Part shown: one piece after another, positions 10,632 through 21,628 of the stretch
How positions within the stretch are numbered: position 1 is the first letter of the stretch
How the letters are laid out: each line of letters begins with the position of its first letter
Source of the DNA: Callorhinchus milii
Lineage: Eukaryota
Direction: 5' to 3'
Length of the DNA stretch: 64,000 nucleotides
Assembly: GCF_018977255.1 (NCBI RefSeq)
Contig: NW_024704746.1
Span: 31,372,001-31,436,000, forward strand
Position numbers and translations under genes: made by a program
Notes under the pieces: model-generated
Seen by the model: the letters and a program-made list of their open reading frames with translations, nothing else
The model's database searches: none
Told to the model about the DNA's origin: nothing

Positions 10632-13600
10632 CTGTGAAAATAACAGAACAAGTCATATTACATGAGTCAGTCCTAACTGACTATCAATCATCCCTGCAGA
10701 CCATCGATCTCACAGGTTTTCAAGTGCTAATTCCACAATGTTACTCTGAGAATACACTTAAATCTGTAGGACCATATAAAGGATTGAAATTTAATTTGTT
10801 CAGGAAAACTCCCCTTGGGGATCTTGAAAACAAGCTTAGAAAATTGATGATTGGATATAGTTGTGAGTTCAAGCTTCACTTTGGGACTTAGAGCTCATAA
10901 AGTTCATAGATGTTAAAACAAAATGCCATGGCATTACTCAAAATGTGTTTTTCCTGGTGCTCTTCAGATAAAATTGTTCACTATGCGGCAGTATGTGGGA
11001 CATTACTGTGCAAAATTGGTTACCACATTTGCCTACAAATACAGTCACTAAACCTCAGAGAAATTTGTGAAATGCTTTGGGATGTTCTCAACATTGCAGG
11101 CATTATTTCAAATGCAATACACTTTGAGTGCAGTTTCCTGAATATAAGCACGAGATGGCCTCCCCAAGTCATGAAGGCAAAATTAAGGGGATGACACACA
11201 AATCTCTCTTCCAACATTACTTCTGAGAAGTTTTAAAATATAAAATGCAGAAACAATAAGGCTGTCAAGTGCACAGATATACAACGTTTACAGCTAGTAT
11301 ATTATATATCATTCAATTAAAAAAATTGAGAATGCAAAATATACTACAGAATTGCCATATTTTGAAGCCAGAACATGTGGCAAAATTGTCTCAAATGTTT
11401 AGGATGCCAAAAGTCTAAAAGGTTGAGTTCTGGAACGTTGTATACACTCTACAAATAATATGTCTCAATAGCTATTAAATGGCTTTGTTTTACAGGAGCC
11501 TCTGTTTTTAAATGAATTTAAAAATTCTGTATTTTAAATGAAGAATATCAAATAACCGGCAGCGATTAAAATGCAATAAACTCATTGAATTGGTACAAAC
11601 GTCAGAAACTGAGAACTTTGTCATTGTATATTCTGCCAGTTAATGCATTCCTTACGCTTGACGCACCATGACATTTACGCTGAAGATTTAACAGAATAAA
11701 TCAATAATTACACATTTCATTGAGTAACAATCCACAGCTGATCACCGGGAATGACAGTGTATATTTTGTTCTATTACCTGGGGATGGCCCAAGTGATGAA
11801 CCAGCAGTTGGCTGTTTATCTTTCCTGGACAACCAGTAGTTGCAAAAAGATTTTCACTGGCTCTTGACCACCTAAATAACCAAAATGGAAGAGAAGAAAT
11901 AGTCAAGTAGTGAACATTTCCCAATAAAATTCCTATACTACAGTATTAACTGCAATTTTTACAAACTGTTCTATTATGCTGGTAATTGGAGCTTTGAACA
12001 CTTCTAGTCTGTGTGATTAGTGATTAATAGATGGTATAAGGGGATAATCATAGAAGCATTTTGTATCTGTTTTAATAAGCAATTTTTTTTCATAGAAGCA
12101 TATCATCAACATTTATTTGTGTCAGTCTTAGGACAAATTTGGATTGGATAGAGTTAAGAAAAAAAAGCTTGGTGTTCAGATCCACAACCTACAACAAAAT
12201 TACATTTGTATAATGCCTTTCACATCAGAAGGACATCCCAAGGCGCTGGACAGTTAAGCACTTAATCCAGTAGATTGTTGGTACTCAGATTTAAAAGGAA
12301 TTTCATGCTGGTCATTCAAGTCAGAGTAAAAATAAATGCATAAGTGAAGAGTTCCCCCCAATATTCATAATCACCAACTTCCACTTCACAGGGAGATGCC
12401 TCTATTTATCTAACTGCTCTATTTCTATCTATTTTTATTACCGGAATCGTCTCGCTCCATCCAAGTGTGATGGTCTCTTATCTTGGGGGTAACTGTAAAA
12501 CAGGAATAGTAATAGTTAAATCATACACAGTATATACACACACACTTTCAAAGATCAGCTTACTATAAAAATACTTGATTCTTAGTGCTTTTACAAACAA
12601 ATTGTTTAATATCCCTGATTCTAAACTTATTTTTAGTTGATATCTCAGTATAATATTATAAAATCTGGTACACAAACCACACCTTAATTCAGCTTTTAAG
12701 ATCTGGAAATAGAATATAGGCATAAGTTCTGTTCCTAGTCTCTTGGATGATATACAGGATGCAATCAACACAATTTTAATAACTGAAGATAATAATCCTT
12801 GCATTTGAAATAGCGCCTTTCACATCAGGAGGATGCCTCAAAGTGCTTAACAGGATTTTCTATAAAAAGCATTGACTGTGTATTCTGTACGTAAACACAG
12901 CAGCTATTGTACCACGGCAATGTCCCACTAACAGCCATGAATTAAATGTCTGCCCGGTCACCAGGAGGTCATTTCCACAACCCTTTGCCTTCTCTGCAGA
13001 CATAGCCCTTAGTCCACTCCGCAAGCCCCAAACCATATGTTGCAATCAGTAATTTGAACATTATTACAATAATCATTACATTTGGTGTAGTGCCCTTTAC
13101 AGAAGCACTCTGAGACGCTACCCTGTATGGAGTGCGCTATATAAGTGCAAGTTGTTGTTGTTACTTCAGGAGAGTGTCCCAAAGCATTTCACAGCATATA
13201 CTGTAAAGTACAGCAACTGTGTGTTTTGTAGGCGAACATCTGTCCCTTCAGCTATCATCATCGTAACCAACAAAAGAAAAAAATGTTGTTACTGCCCTAC
13301 AGCATGAATAACACCACTGAGCTAATTAAATTGAGAATTCAAACGTTCAGTTATTTGGAGCGATAAGATGCACAGAAATGTGATTGAACGATGCTGTGAT
13401 TAAAATGTAGATGAAAGTTAAAATCAACTGCACCTGGAGCGAGTGATATCCCAGATAAACCAGTCCTTTCCTGACACTGCACCAACTTTTATAGTGTTTC
13501 CTAAACACCAGTCTGCTGACATTAGTGGCATCTGTCCACAATCCAGAGAGAGAATAGCCTGCAGAGTGACCAGGTCATAAAACCTTATGATTCCATTCTT

Positions 13601-16600
13601 TTCTGCCACCATCAACTGGAGAAAGAGAAAATAATAATGAATCGCTCAACAATATAAACTGGTCAAAAATATTCACAGCAATATTTGATGTAGCAAAAGA
13701 CAAAAAGACTGGGTGATGTGCAATCTTGAAAGCCCTACTGGAAAGCTTGTGTGAATATCTGGTAAGGACAGGAACAGGCTACATTGAAATGACCCTTCAG
13801 GTAAGAAAAGCCATTAGGCTTGGCACCAAAAGAGTAACTGGCACTTGTAGACCTTCAATCTCTGCATTCAGAGATTGAAGGTTAGCTTATCATCATCATT
13901 AAAGACACTGATCTTTTTTCAGTAAGCACATCATTGGGTTCCCCAAATTTTTTTAATTGTTTTTTAGTTCTAGCTGAAGAATTAAGCTAAATTCCAGCTT
14001 TATTCACCACAACACGGTCAAAGAGACACAACCAAAAAACATGTCAAACAACTAGAAAGTGGTGCAAACTAACTTTGAAACTCTCTTCTGGGTGCCAGCA
14101 CACACTCATGCCTGGAGAATGAAGAAGAAAAGATGCTTTTTGGTTCCCCTCAAGGTCCCAGATTCTGCAAGGTAATATAAAACACTGTGAATAGGTCAAA
14201 CGTGATATATTTAACTGGAATAAAAAGCTTAATTCTAATAAATAACTTAGAACTCTCAGGCTGAAAGCAAAAGAACTGATTCTGTGACCATATTGTTTTT
14301 CCTATATGCAGGAACACGCTGAATATTGTGATGTTGGAAAATAGGAATTGAACATAGCACCATGTTTAAGGAATTTGTGGAATTGAGCTTCAAAAAACGT
14401 TATCACTCTGGAAACATCTAAGCTACTCTGAAATGTGTTGAGTGTAATGTAGGAAAACACGGCAGCTAATATGCGCCAGCAAAGCCTCACAGCGGGGACA
14501 AGACGAATGACCAAATTTCATCTATTTTTGTAAGAGAAGAATATTTGGCAGAATGTCAGGAGAATGCCTTACTTATTTTCAAACCTTAACCCTATTTTCA
14601 AAATAGTATCATGGAATGCTTAACATCAACCTGAAGAAGTATTTTGTATTCAATGATACAATAATACCAACTAAAGTTCAATCTCCTGAACTGGTGCACG
14701 TATACCCTGCGTATAACCTAGGGGTGACTTTTCAGCCAATTCAGTTTGTTAAGAACAAGAAAACTAAACATTTGATTTGGCAAGGTAAATTTGCTAATGA
14801 TTATTAAAAAGCAGAGCAAAAAGAAACAGGAACTGGTGTTGTCATTTTTATATCTGATCCAGATATGAAGTTAACTTAGCACAGCTAAATTGCAGTAAAT
14901 AACACTTACAGCCTATAGAAGTAAAAATGCATGTTGGCACATGTACTTACCGACACGTGTGATCGTCACTAACACTTGCAATTTGCTTTCCATCGTTGGG
15001 TTCAAATACTAGGTCATTGATGTAATCTGCATGACCTTCGATTACCTACGTGAAATAACAAATCAGGACACTTAGTGGATGGACTGTGGACTCTGACTGG
15101 AACAATGGCACTATTTTAAACCAGGCTGTCTGATGTAACATTATATTGATACTCAAGTCCTTAAAACAAACTGAGATAGATAGATACTGTGTGCAAATGC
15201 AAAACTATGTGGCTCACTCATCAACTGAATTGAAGACTAAGTTGAACTCAGGGCAGTAATTGTCTTGAACAATAGTGTCTCGTATCAAATACACCAAAAA
15301 ACTCAATGCCATATATCAGATCACAGATTTCAAACTCAGGTCCCAACTACCTACACGGGGACACCATTTCATCTACAAATAGGAAAACTGTGTCTTTATC
15401 TTAGAAAACTAACGTTAACAAAGTTACCTTCCATCCATTTTCATCTTTGAGGTCAGATGTGAGAAGTCTCAACTTATTATCAGCATCTGCTGTGCACAAT
15501 CTGCAAAAGTTGAGAGATAGTTAAAAAGAAAACAAGCAATAACAGCAAATCAAACCAAAAATAAAAGTTGGGCGTTTCCGTTGATTTTAGTTGGACATGA
15601 AATATAATTAGTATTAAGGCAAAGAATCTTTTTTTCCCTGTGCTTCTCAAATTTGAGTGAGATATTAGAGCTGCTGGTTTCAGGTATAGCGTACATTTTT
15701 TTGTAATAATGTAGTTCCTGTTCCTTTCTGGCTGAGTTGCTCTCTTCTAAAGATTAACTTTCTCTTCCATAGCAAATCCTTTATATTATTTCCTCCAGAG
15801 TCAATGCAATCAGTAGGTACTGAAGGGTTTTCTATTTACTGAATATTATTGCAAGACAATTGAGTACCATGTTTCACCCACAAAGTACAGACACCCCACT
15901 TTACAATATAGTCTGTGAAGCGCTTTGAAATGTCTGAATAATGTGATTAGGTACTATATCAAATGCAAAGTTTATTATTATTAATAACATGCTCTAGATC
16001 TAAACTCCAAGTTACAAAAGTTTCTACTTCTTTCATTTAAGCCCTATTCCATTTTTACTGTATTTTTTCCATTGGTTTGATTAAAACACTATAGCAATCA
16101 GTTTCCATTTGAAATCCTCTCCCATTAGACTGCCAAATCTGCATCTGCCAGCTGTACATGTGTGGAGACAGAATTAAGGATAAAAAAAACTCTTCAGCCA
16201 AAGTAAATCCCATTATCTAAAAGTATGGTCTCCAAACATATGGAGCCACCGGCTCTTAATCCCTCTAATCAGGAGATTAGGATGCTGATTACATAGGGGA
16301 GGCTGATTCTCAACACACAACTGCAGTAAGGATTACTCAAAGCTTTCATTTTTTTTTAAAAAAAGTAAAAATTTACACTTAATGCACATACATGTAGGGC
16401 AAATATAAAATTGTTGAGGACTTAATAAATTACTACAAGCTATTTCCCTTTCCGGAAGCTTGATAGATGAATATATTAATCATCTGTCGACCACCACAAT
16501 GGCTGTTTAAGCAGTAAAGCAGTTGCAAAAGTCATGAAATGTCTTACAAAGCCTTTTTTCTCCAATAGCTTCAATATAATGGCTTCAAAATGTCTTAAAT

Positions 16601-19600
16601 GTTTCAGCCATGGCTTCCTCTTTTTATACATCAGCTGATCTCCTGCCTCTACACATGGGATCAGACCACCACCTCGGATAAGGGCAGAAACCAAGAGGGA
16701 ACAAGTAGGATAAACATGTTGGAAAGCAGCAGCTGTCAGGGTACAATGGGTGGTTAGTTGTCAAGAACAGAAATGATAGGAGGAGCTACTTGTTCCATTG
16801 CAGAATGATGACACAGGCAGAGATATATAAAGAATTTGGCTTTCAGATGCTGAAACTTTTATTTTACTTGGAATTGTTATATTTGTTATTTACAAATAAT
16901 TAACTAAACAAAGTTCGGTGGTGCAAACGGTTTGGGTCAAAACTTTTACAGTCTAGCTGTTTTCTCCAAGAAAATACACCTTCCGATCTGTATTACTAAC
17001 ATTTATTTGGAACTTGGCTCTAATTAATTACCATGGGAATCGGGCAAGGTATTAGGAATCTTGAAGTTAGGGACCAATGGGGAGGGAAGAGGCAGTGATA
17101 AGAGTAACATGCAAGTAATATAAGGAACAGGCTGATGGGATGGCTAATCTTTTTTGTTCCAGGTTTTCTTATATTCATAATCACTCCCAAATTTCCAACT
17201 TAAGCTTCATGAAAGATACAAATTCCTGATCCTAATTAGAATCCAAACTGGTTTGCATTCTTGTGGTAATGTTAATGTTCAGTGTTTCATTCAACATATT
17301 AGCAAATGTAATTCAATTTCATGAAAAGTAGAAACGAAGTATGAGTATTATCCTGGAGTGAAATACAGTATTGGGTTATTAATTATCCTATTATTGAGGC
17401 TAAAAGAAGCCACAATTAAGCTTGTTTACCCTTGCACTAAAATTCTGAAATTTTGTTTCAAAATTAATGGATCTATACTAGCGTTATTTCACCACTGAAT
17501 TTAGTTTCAAGCTAAAATGGTTTCAAAACTGAAACATTGTTTAACATATTTAATGAACACGAGTGCTTTCCTACCTGAGTACCTGTGGCACTGTGTCAAG
17601 TTTAGTTTCTGGACTCCAAGCGATTGCATCTACACGAATACCACGATGAAAAGTCTTCAGTGTATTGTATTCTACACCTTTAATTTCAGTGTCTTCTTCC
17701 TAAAATATATTGAAAAATAGGATTTAGAATATTCATCCTCCACTGGATTCAGAATAGTTAACACCTCTTACTCATTTATAACTTGTATGTGAGAATGTGA
17801 AAACCTGTCACCTTATTTTTCACACATTACTCTGAGCTTGACCATACACCAACGCTCATTGGCATGCTCACAATGTCACATGCGTCAGTGTAGGTCTGGA
17901 GGAGAAGCCATTTGGAGAAGATAAGAATGTATATAGTTGCTCAAACAGATGGGATTGAAACTTGGAAAGGACTGAGAACAGGGACTTGCATTTGAATGCA
18001 GCTTGGACTGAAGAAATACAAGTCTTCCCCTTTTGCTGATTAATGAAAGCTAGTGTGGGAAAAGAAAAAGATCATACAGATCATACTTGAGGTTAGGTCT
18101 CAAGGAGCATTGTTCATTATATAGACAGAATATATTCAAAGATTTTGAACAGTTTGATAGTATTTGATAGTATGTATGTGAGATGATGGCACAGTGGGTT
18201 AAGAGACCTGGTTTGAATACAGCTTGAACAAAGATTAAAGTCTTCTCCCTTCACTGGCTGAATTCTACAACTGAATTGGAGAATGCTTCATGGGATTACT
18301 AACGAGATGCCAAAAAGTTAAATCACTGGGAAGTTTAATAGAAGCTTTTCAACGCTGTTAGACAAACCTATCAATGGACTTCAAAAATCACTGTGAATCA
18401 AAACTCCAATCCTTAGTCATATTTCAGCCATGAATTTTATGCAGTGTTTTAATACAGAAATGAGGGTCAGTGCATTGCAGGTATAGATAACTACCAGGTC
18501 TATTTGTGGGTGGGGGGGTAGTCAGCAGTTAAGTAGAATGATGGGAACGCACACCTAAGCACATGTGTAGAGCTCTGGTTATACTATTATGGGCAAAATT
18601 GAAGTTATGCAAATTTCTACAGAATTACTCCAAAGTGTACAGTATAAAGACTGAATGATACTTGTGACTGTTGGTCTGTGAACCTAAAATAACTGTTTAA
18701 AAAAACAGGGTGGTGGGGTGGGGAGGGTGGTGGGGAGGTGAAGAAATGTTAAGCTGATAACATATTTAAACTGAGATTCATGATTCATTTTAGAACGGAT
18801 TTGACAGATACATGTGTTTCATCTGTTGGGACCGTTTCCAGAATTAGATGCATCGGACAAGTTACATAATTATAATAATAATCCTTGCATTTGATATAGC
18901 GCTTTTCACGTCGGGAGGACGTCCCAAAGCCCTTCACAGAACGCACTGTAAAGTGAATTGACTGTATATTTGTGGGCGAACGCGGCAGCCAATTGCGCAC
19001 AGCAATGTCCCACAAACAGTCGTAGATTGAAAATGACCAATTTATTATTGTTTTTGGTTTTGGAGGGATTATTATTAGGCTCTGTGTGGAGTAAGGAAAC
19101 TTGCCCAAGGTTTCGCCCTCTGCCTGGAATTGAACTCAGGTCTCTCACTTGCAAAGCGAGTGCTCTAACCACTGAGCTACAGGACTCCACATGTCCGTCA
19201 CCCAAGTACAGTGGTGTAAGTATCAAATGCAAGGATTATAATTCATATTAAATTATTATTATTATTATTGCACGTGTCTGGGGCGTTCAGCACAGGATCC
19301 TGTTTGTGGGTTTTCCAGAATTTATTGGGATTAATCTATTGTCTTATTTACAACTACAAAAAAACCTGGAGCTCCTTAATACATAGAAACCTTTAACGTG
19401 AAGTGGGAATAGAGAGCCATGAGAGAGAGAGAGAGAGGGGGGAGGGGGCAATCCACTAATTTACATGCCATCCATTGCTAGTGTGGCTGCCAGGCCAGGG
19501 CAGGGCGGGCCAGACCAGGGCCAGGGAAGGGCAGGCCAGGGCAGGGCAGGGCGGGCCAGACCAGGGCCAGGGAAGGGCAGGCCAGGGCAGGGCAGGGCAG

Positions 19601-20436
19601 GGCGGGCCAGGGCAGGCCAGACCAGGGCAGGGCGGGCCAGGGCAGGGCGGGCCAGGGCAGGGCAGGGCAGGCCAGGGCAGGCCAGGGCGGGCCAGACCAG
19701 GGCAGGGCGGGCCAGGGCGGGGCGGGCCAGGGCGGGCCAGGCCAGGGCGGGCGGGCCAGGGCGGGCCAGGCCAGGGCAGGGCGGGCCAGGCCAGGGCGGG
19801 GCGGGCCAGGGCAGGGCGGGGCGGGCCAGGGCAGGGCGGGGCGGGCCAGGCCAGGGTGGGCCAGGGCAGGGCGGGCCAGACCAGGGCAGGGCAGGCCAGA
19901 CCAGGGCAGGGCGGGCCAGACCAGGGCAGGGCGGGCCAGGGCAGGCCAGGGAAGGGCAGGCCAGACCAGGGCAGGGCGGGCCAGACCAGGGCAGGGCGGG
20001 CCAGGCCAGACCAGGGCGGGCCAGGGCAGGGCGGGCCAGGCCAGGGCGGGCCAGGGCAGGCCAGGGAAGGGCAGGCCAGACCAGGGCAGGGCGGACCAGG
20101 CCAGACCAGGGCGGGGCGGGCCAGGGCAGGCCAGGCCAGGGAAGGGCAGGCCAGAGAAGGGCAGGCCAGGCCAGACCAGACCAGGGCAGACCAGGGCAGG
20201 CGGGCCAGGCCAGGGCAGGGCGGGCCAGGCAAGGGCGGACCAGGGAAGGGAGTGGGTTAGATTGGGCGACAAACCTGGAAGCTGCACGTCCCAACAACCA
20301 CATAGTTGCGGCCTCCGTAGGCGAGGAGGCCCCCGGCCAGGCCGCTCCCGAAGGGGCTGAACTCGGCCACGTGAACGCACTCCTCGCACTGGGCCGTGTA
20401 GGTGGCGGTTCGGGCCGCGGCCGCCGCGTCCTTCAT
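10518..20436 (-). CDS. NUP37: Nucleoporin Nup37 (WD40), 9 coding exons, 328 aa
   Basis: Exons 20275-20436, 17575-17699, 15428-15500, 14951-15045, 14074-14164, 13434-13615, 12442-12492, 11778-11871, 10518-10631 sum to 987 nt, in frame, all GT-AG; colinear with human NUP37 (IAWSPET, ASVSDDHTCRIW, SWHRTLPLCVIGGDHKL). Confidence 0.97.
11778..11871 (-). CDS. NUP37: NUP37 coding exon 8
   Basis: WSRASENLFATTGCPGKINSQLLVHHLGHPQ, 94 nt. Confidence 0.95.
12442..12492 (-). CDS. NUP37: NUP37 coding exon 7
   Basis: YPQDKRPSHLDGARRF, 51 nt, phase 2-2. Confidence 0.93.
13434..13615 (-). CDS. NUP37: NUP37 coding exon 6
   Basis: LMVAEKNGIIRFYDL...WFIWDITRS, 182 nt. Confidence 0.95.
14074..14164 (-). CDS. 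NUP37: NUP37 coding exon 5
   Basis: IWDLEGNQKASFLLHSPGMSVCWHPEESFK, 91 nt. Confidence 0.95.
14951..15045 (-). CDS. NUP37: NUP37 coding exon 4
   Basis: VIEGHADYINDLVFEPNDGKQIASVSDDHTC, 95 nt. Confidence 0.95.
15428..15500 (-). CDS. NUP37: NUP37 coding exon 3
   Basis: LCTADADNKLRLLTSDLKDENGWK, 73 nt. Confidence 0.95.
15689..15985 (+). mobile_element. SINE variant with an extra ~160-bp domain
   Basis: Reverse-complement similarity to 2643-2930. Confidence 0.7.
17575..17699 (-). CDS. NUP37: NUP37 coding exon 2
   Basis: EEDTEIKGVEYNTLKTFHRGIRVDAIAWSPETKLDTVPQVL, 125 nt. Confidence 0.95.
18873..19188 (-). mobile_element. Full-length young tRNA-derived SINE
   Basis: Near-identical to 1155-1472. 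Confidence 0.92.
19489..20250 (+). repeat. GC-rich variant-pentamer tandem array (GGGCA/GGCCA/GGGCG/GACCA/GGGAA)
   Basis: ~760 bp, almost no T on + strand, G3 tracts throughout; in NUP37 intron 1. Confidence 0.97.
20275..20436 (-). CDS. NUP37: NUP37 coding exon 1
   Basis: MKDAAAAARTATYTAQCEECVHVAEFSPF...VVGTCSFQ|gt. Confidence 0.93.
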
Positions 20437-20650
20437 GGTCTCCGAGCCCCGCCCCCGCCTCCTCCGCCCATTGGTCAGTTTCGCAGCCCCCGCGGCGCTG
20501 GCCATTGGCTGCTGCCCGGCTAATCCGGGGCTCCGATTGGACCATCCCTGGTCCCGCCCCGCCTCCGCGCTCCCGTTGGTCCGATCGCTCGCGTTCCATC
20601 CGCTCTCTCGCTGATTGGTCGCTCGCTCACTGGTGCGGGAGATTTAAATT
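20437..20650. promoter_or_regulatory. NUP37/PARPBP bidirectional CpG promoter with CCAAT array, GC boxes and CDE/CHR
   Basis: ATTGG at 20470, 20504, 20536, 20614; CCCGCCCC boxes; GTGCGG-N4-TTTAAA at 20633-20648. Confidence 0.8.
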
Positions 20651-20700
20651 ACGAAACCGTGAAAAGGGGACGAGTTGGGAGTAGTTTTCCCTGACAGCAG
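20650..20700 (+). other. Probable non-coding first exon of PARPBP (5' boundary approximate)
   Basis: Lies just after the CDE/CHR element; donor CAG|GTACGG at 20700/20701; coding exon 1 begins with an acceptor, so an upstream exon is required. Confidence 0.55.
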
Positions 20701-21478
20701 GTACGGATTTTCCAGCTTATCCTATCTTTAAACCCCCCCCTTCCCCCCCAACCACCACACACCACTCTTCTAAGCGCAAATAGTTCTGAAGTTAAACTTG
20801 ACTTTTTTTTTGCTACTTTATTTGGGGAATTATTGAGCGATTCGAGTCCTGTTGCAACTGACATAACTGCTCTCTATTTCGTGTAGATGTGACTCAGATT
20901 TCGAAATGCTCTTGTACTTGGAATGGAAATTAGCTCTCTTTCTCTTAGCCAATGTTTTGTAACTTGTTGCTTTGTATCCAGCACTCCTGTGTATCAAATT
21001 TAGAATGCTGTTTCCAATTGTTATGTTCTACTTTCACACCTGATTTTAAATACCTGTGTGTATCTGCTCAAGTTTTTTGTTTCTCCAATCCATAAAGACT
21101 TCTTATTATTTACAGTATGTTTCTGTTTCTTTCTTTCTCTCTCTCTCAAAAAACAGCACATTACTTTTAGGATGTTTTCATTGAATTCCACCTGCCAGTT
21201 ACCTGCCAACTCTGCAAACCATTGTCAAATATTTCAATTAATGTTTCCTACCTTCTGTATTGAGAGAGTTGGTTGGATGGCTACTCCAACTCTCTACCTG
21301 TGCTGGGTGAAGCCAGCAGTGTTGTGCTTCCTGACAGAAACTTCCCATTTGTTGGCTTTTACTGACTAGTGTTGAGAATGTAATGGAATCTTGGCCTTAT
21401 ATGTATTGTTTGTTCTTGCATCATAAAGATCCAATCTCTTTTGGAAAAAATATAAATGGCAATTTTTCTTTTAGGAAC

Positions 21479-21628
21479 ATGGATTGCGTTCAGTTGAAAG
21501 TATTGCAGCTGGTAAAAACATTCAGAAAAGAGCGTTATAAATTGTCTGAATCTGAAAGAACCACAGTATGCGGTGCAGATAGCATGCTCATGGTCTTGCA
21601 GCTTGCTATGGCAGAAATAAATAAAGAG
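21479..21628 (+). CDS. PARPBP: PARPBP coding exon 1
   Basis: acceptor AG 21473-74; MDCVQLK...LAMAEINKE|gtatgt. Confidence 0.93.

Noticed and set aside
19456-20599. Five long overlapping ORFs (258-373 aa) rich in P/G/A/R/W
   Set aside because: Artefact of the stop-free pentamer array; only 20275-20436 is real coding sequence (NUP37 exon 1)
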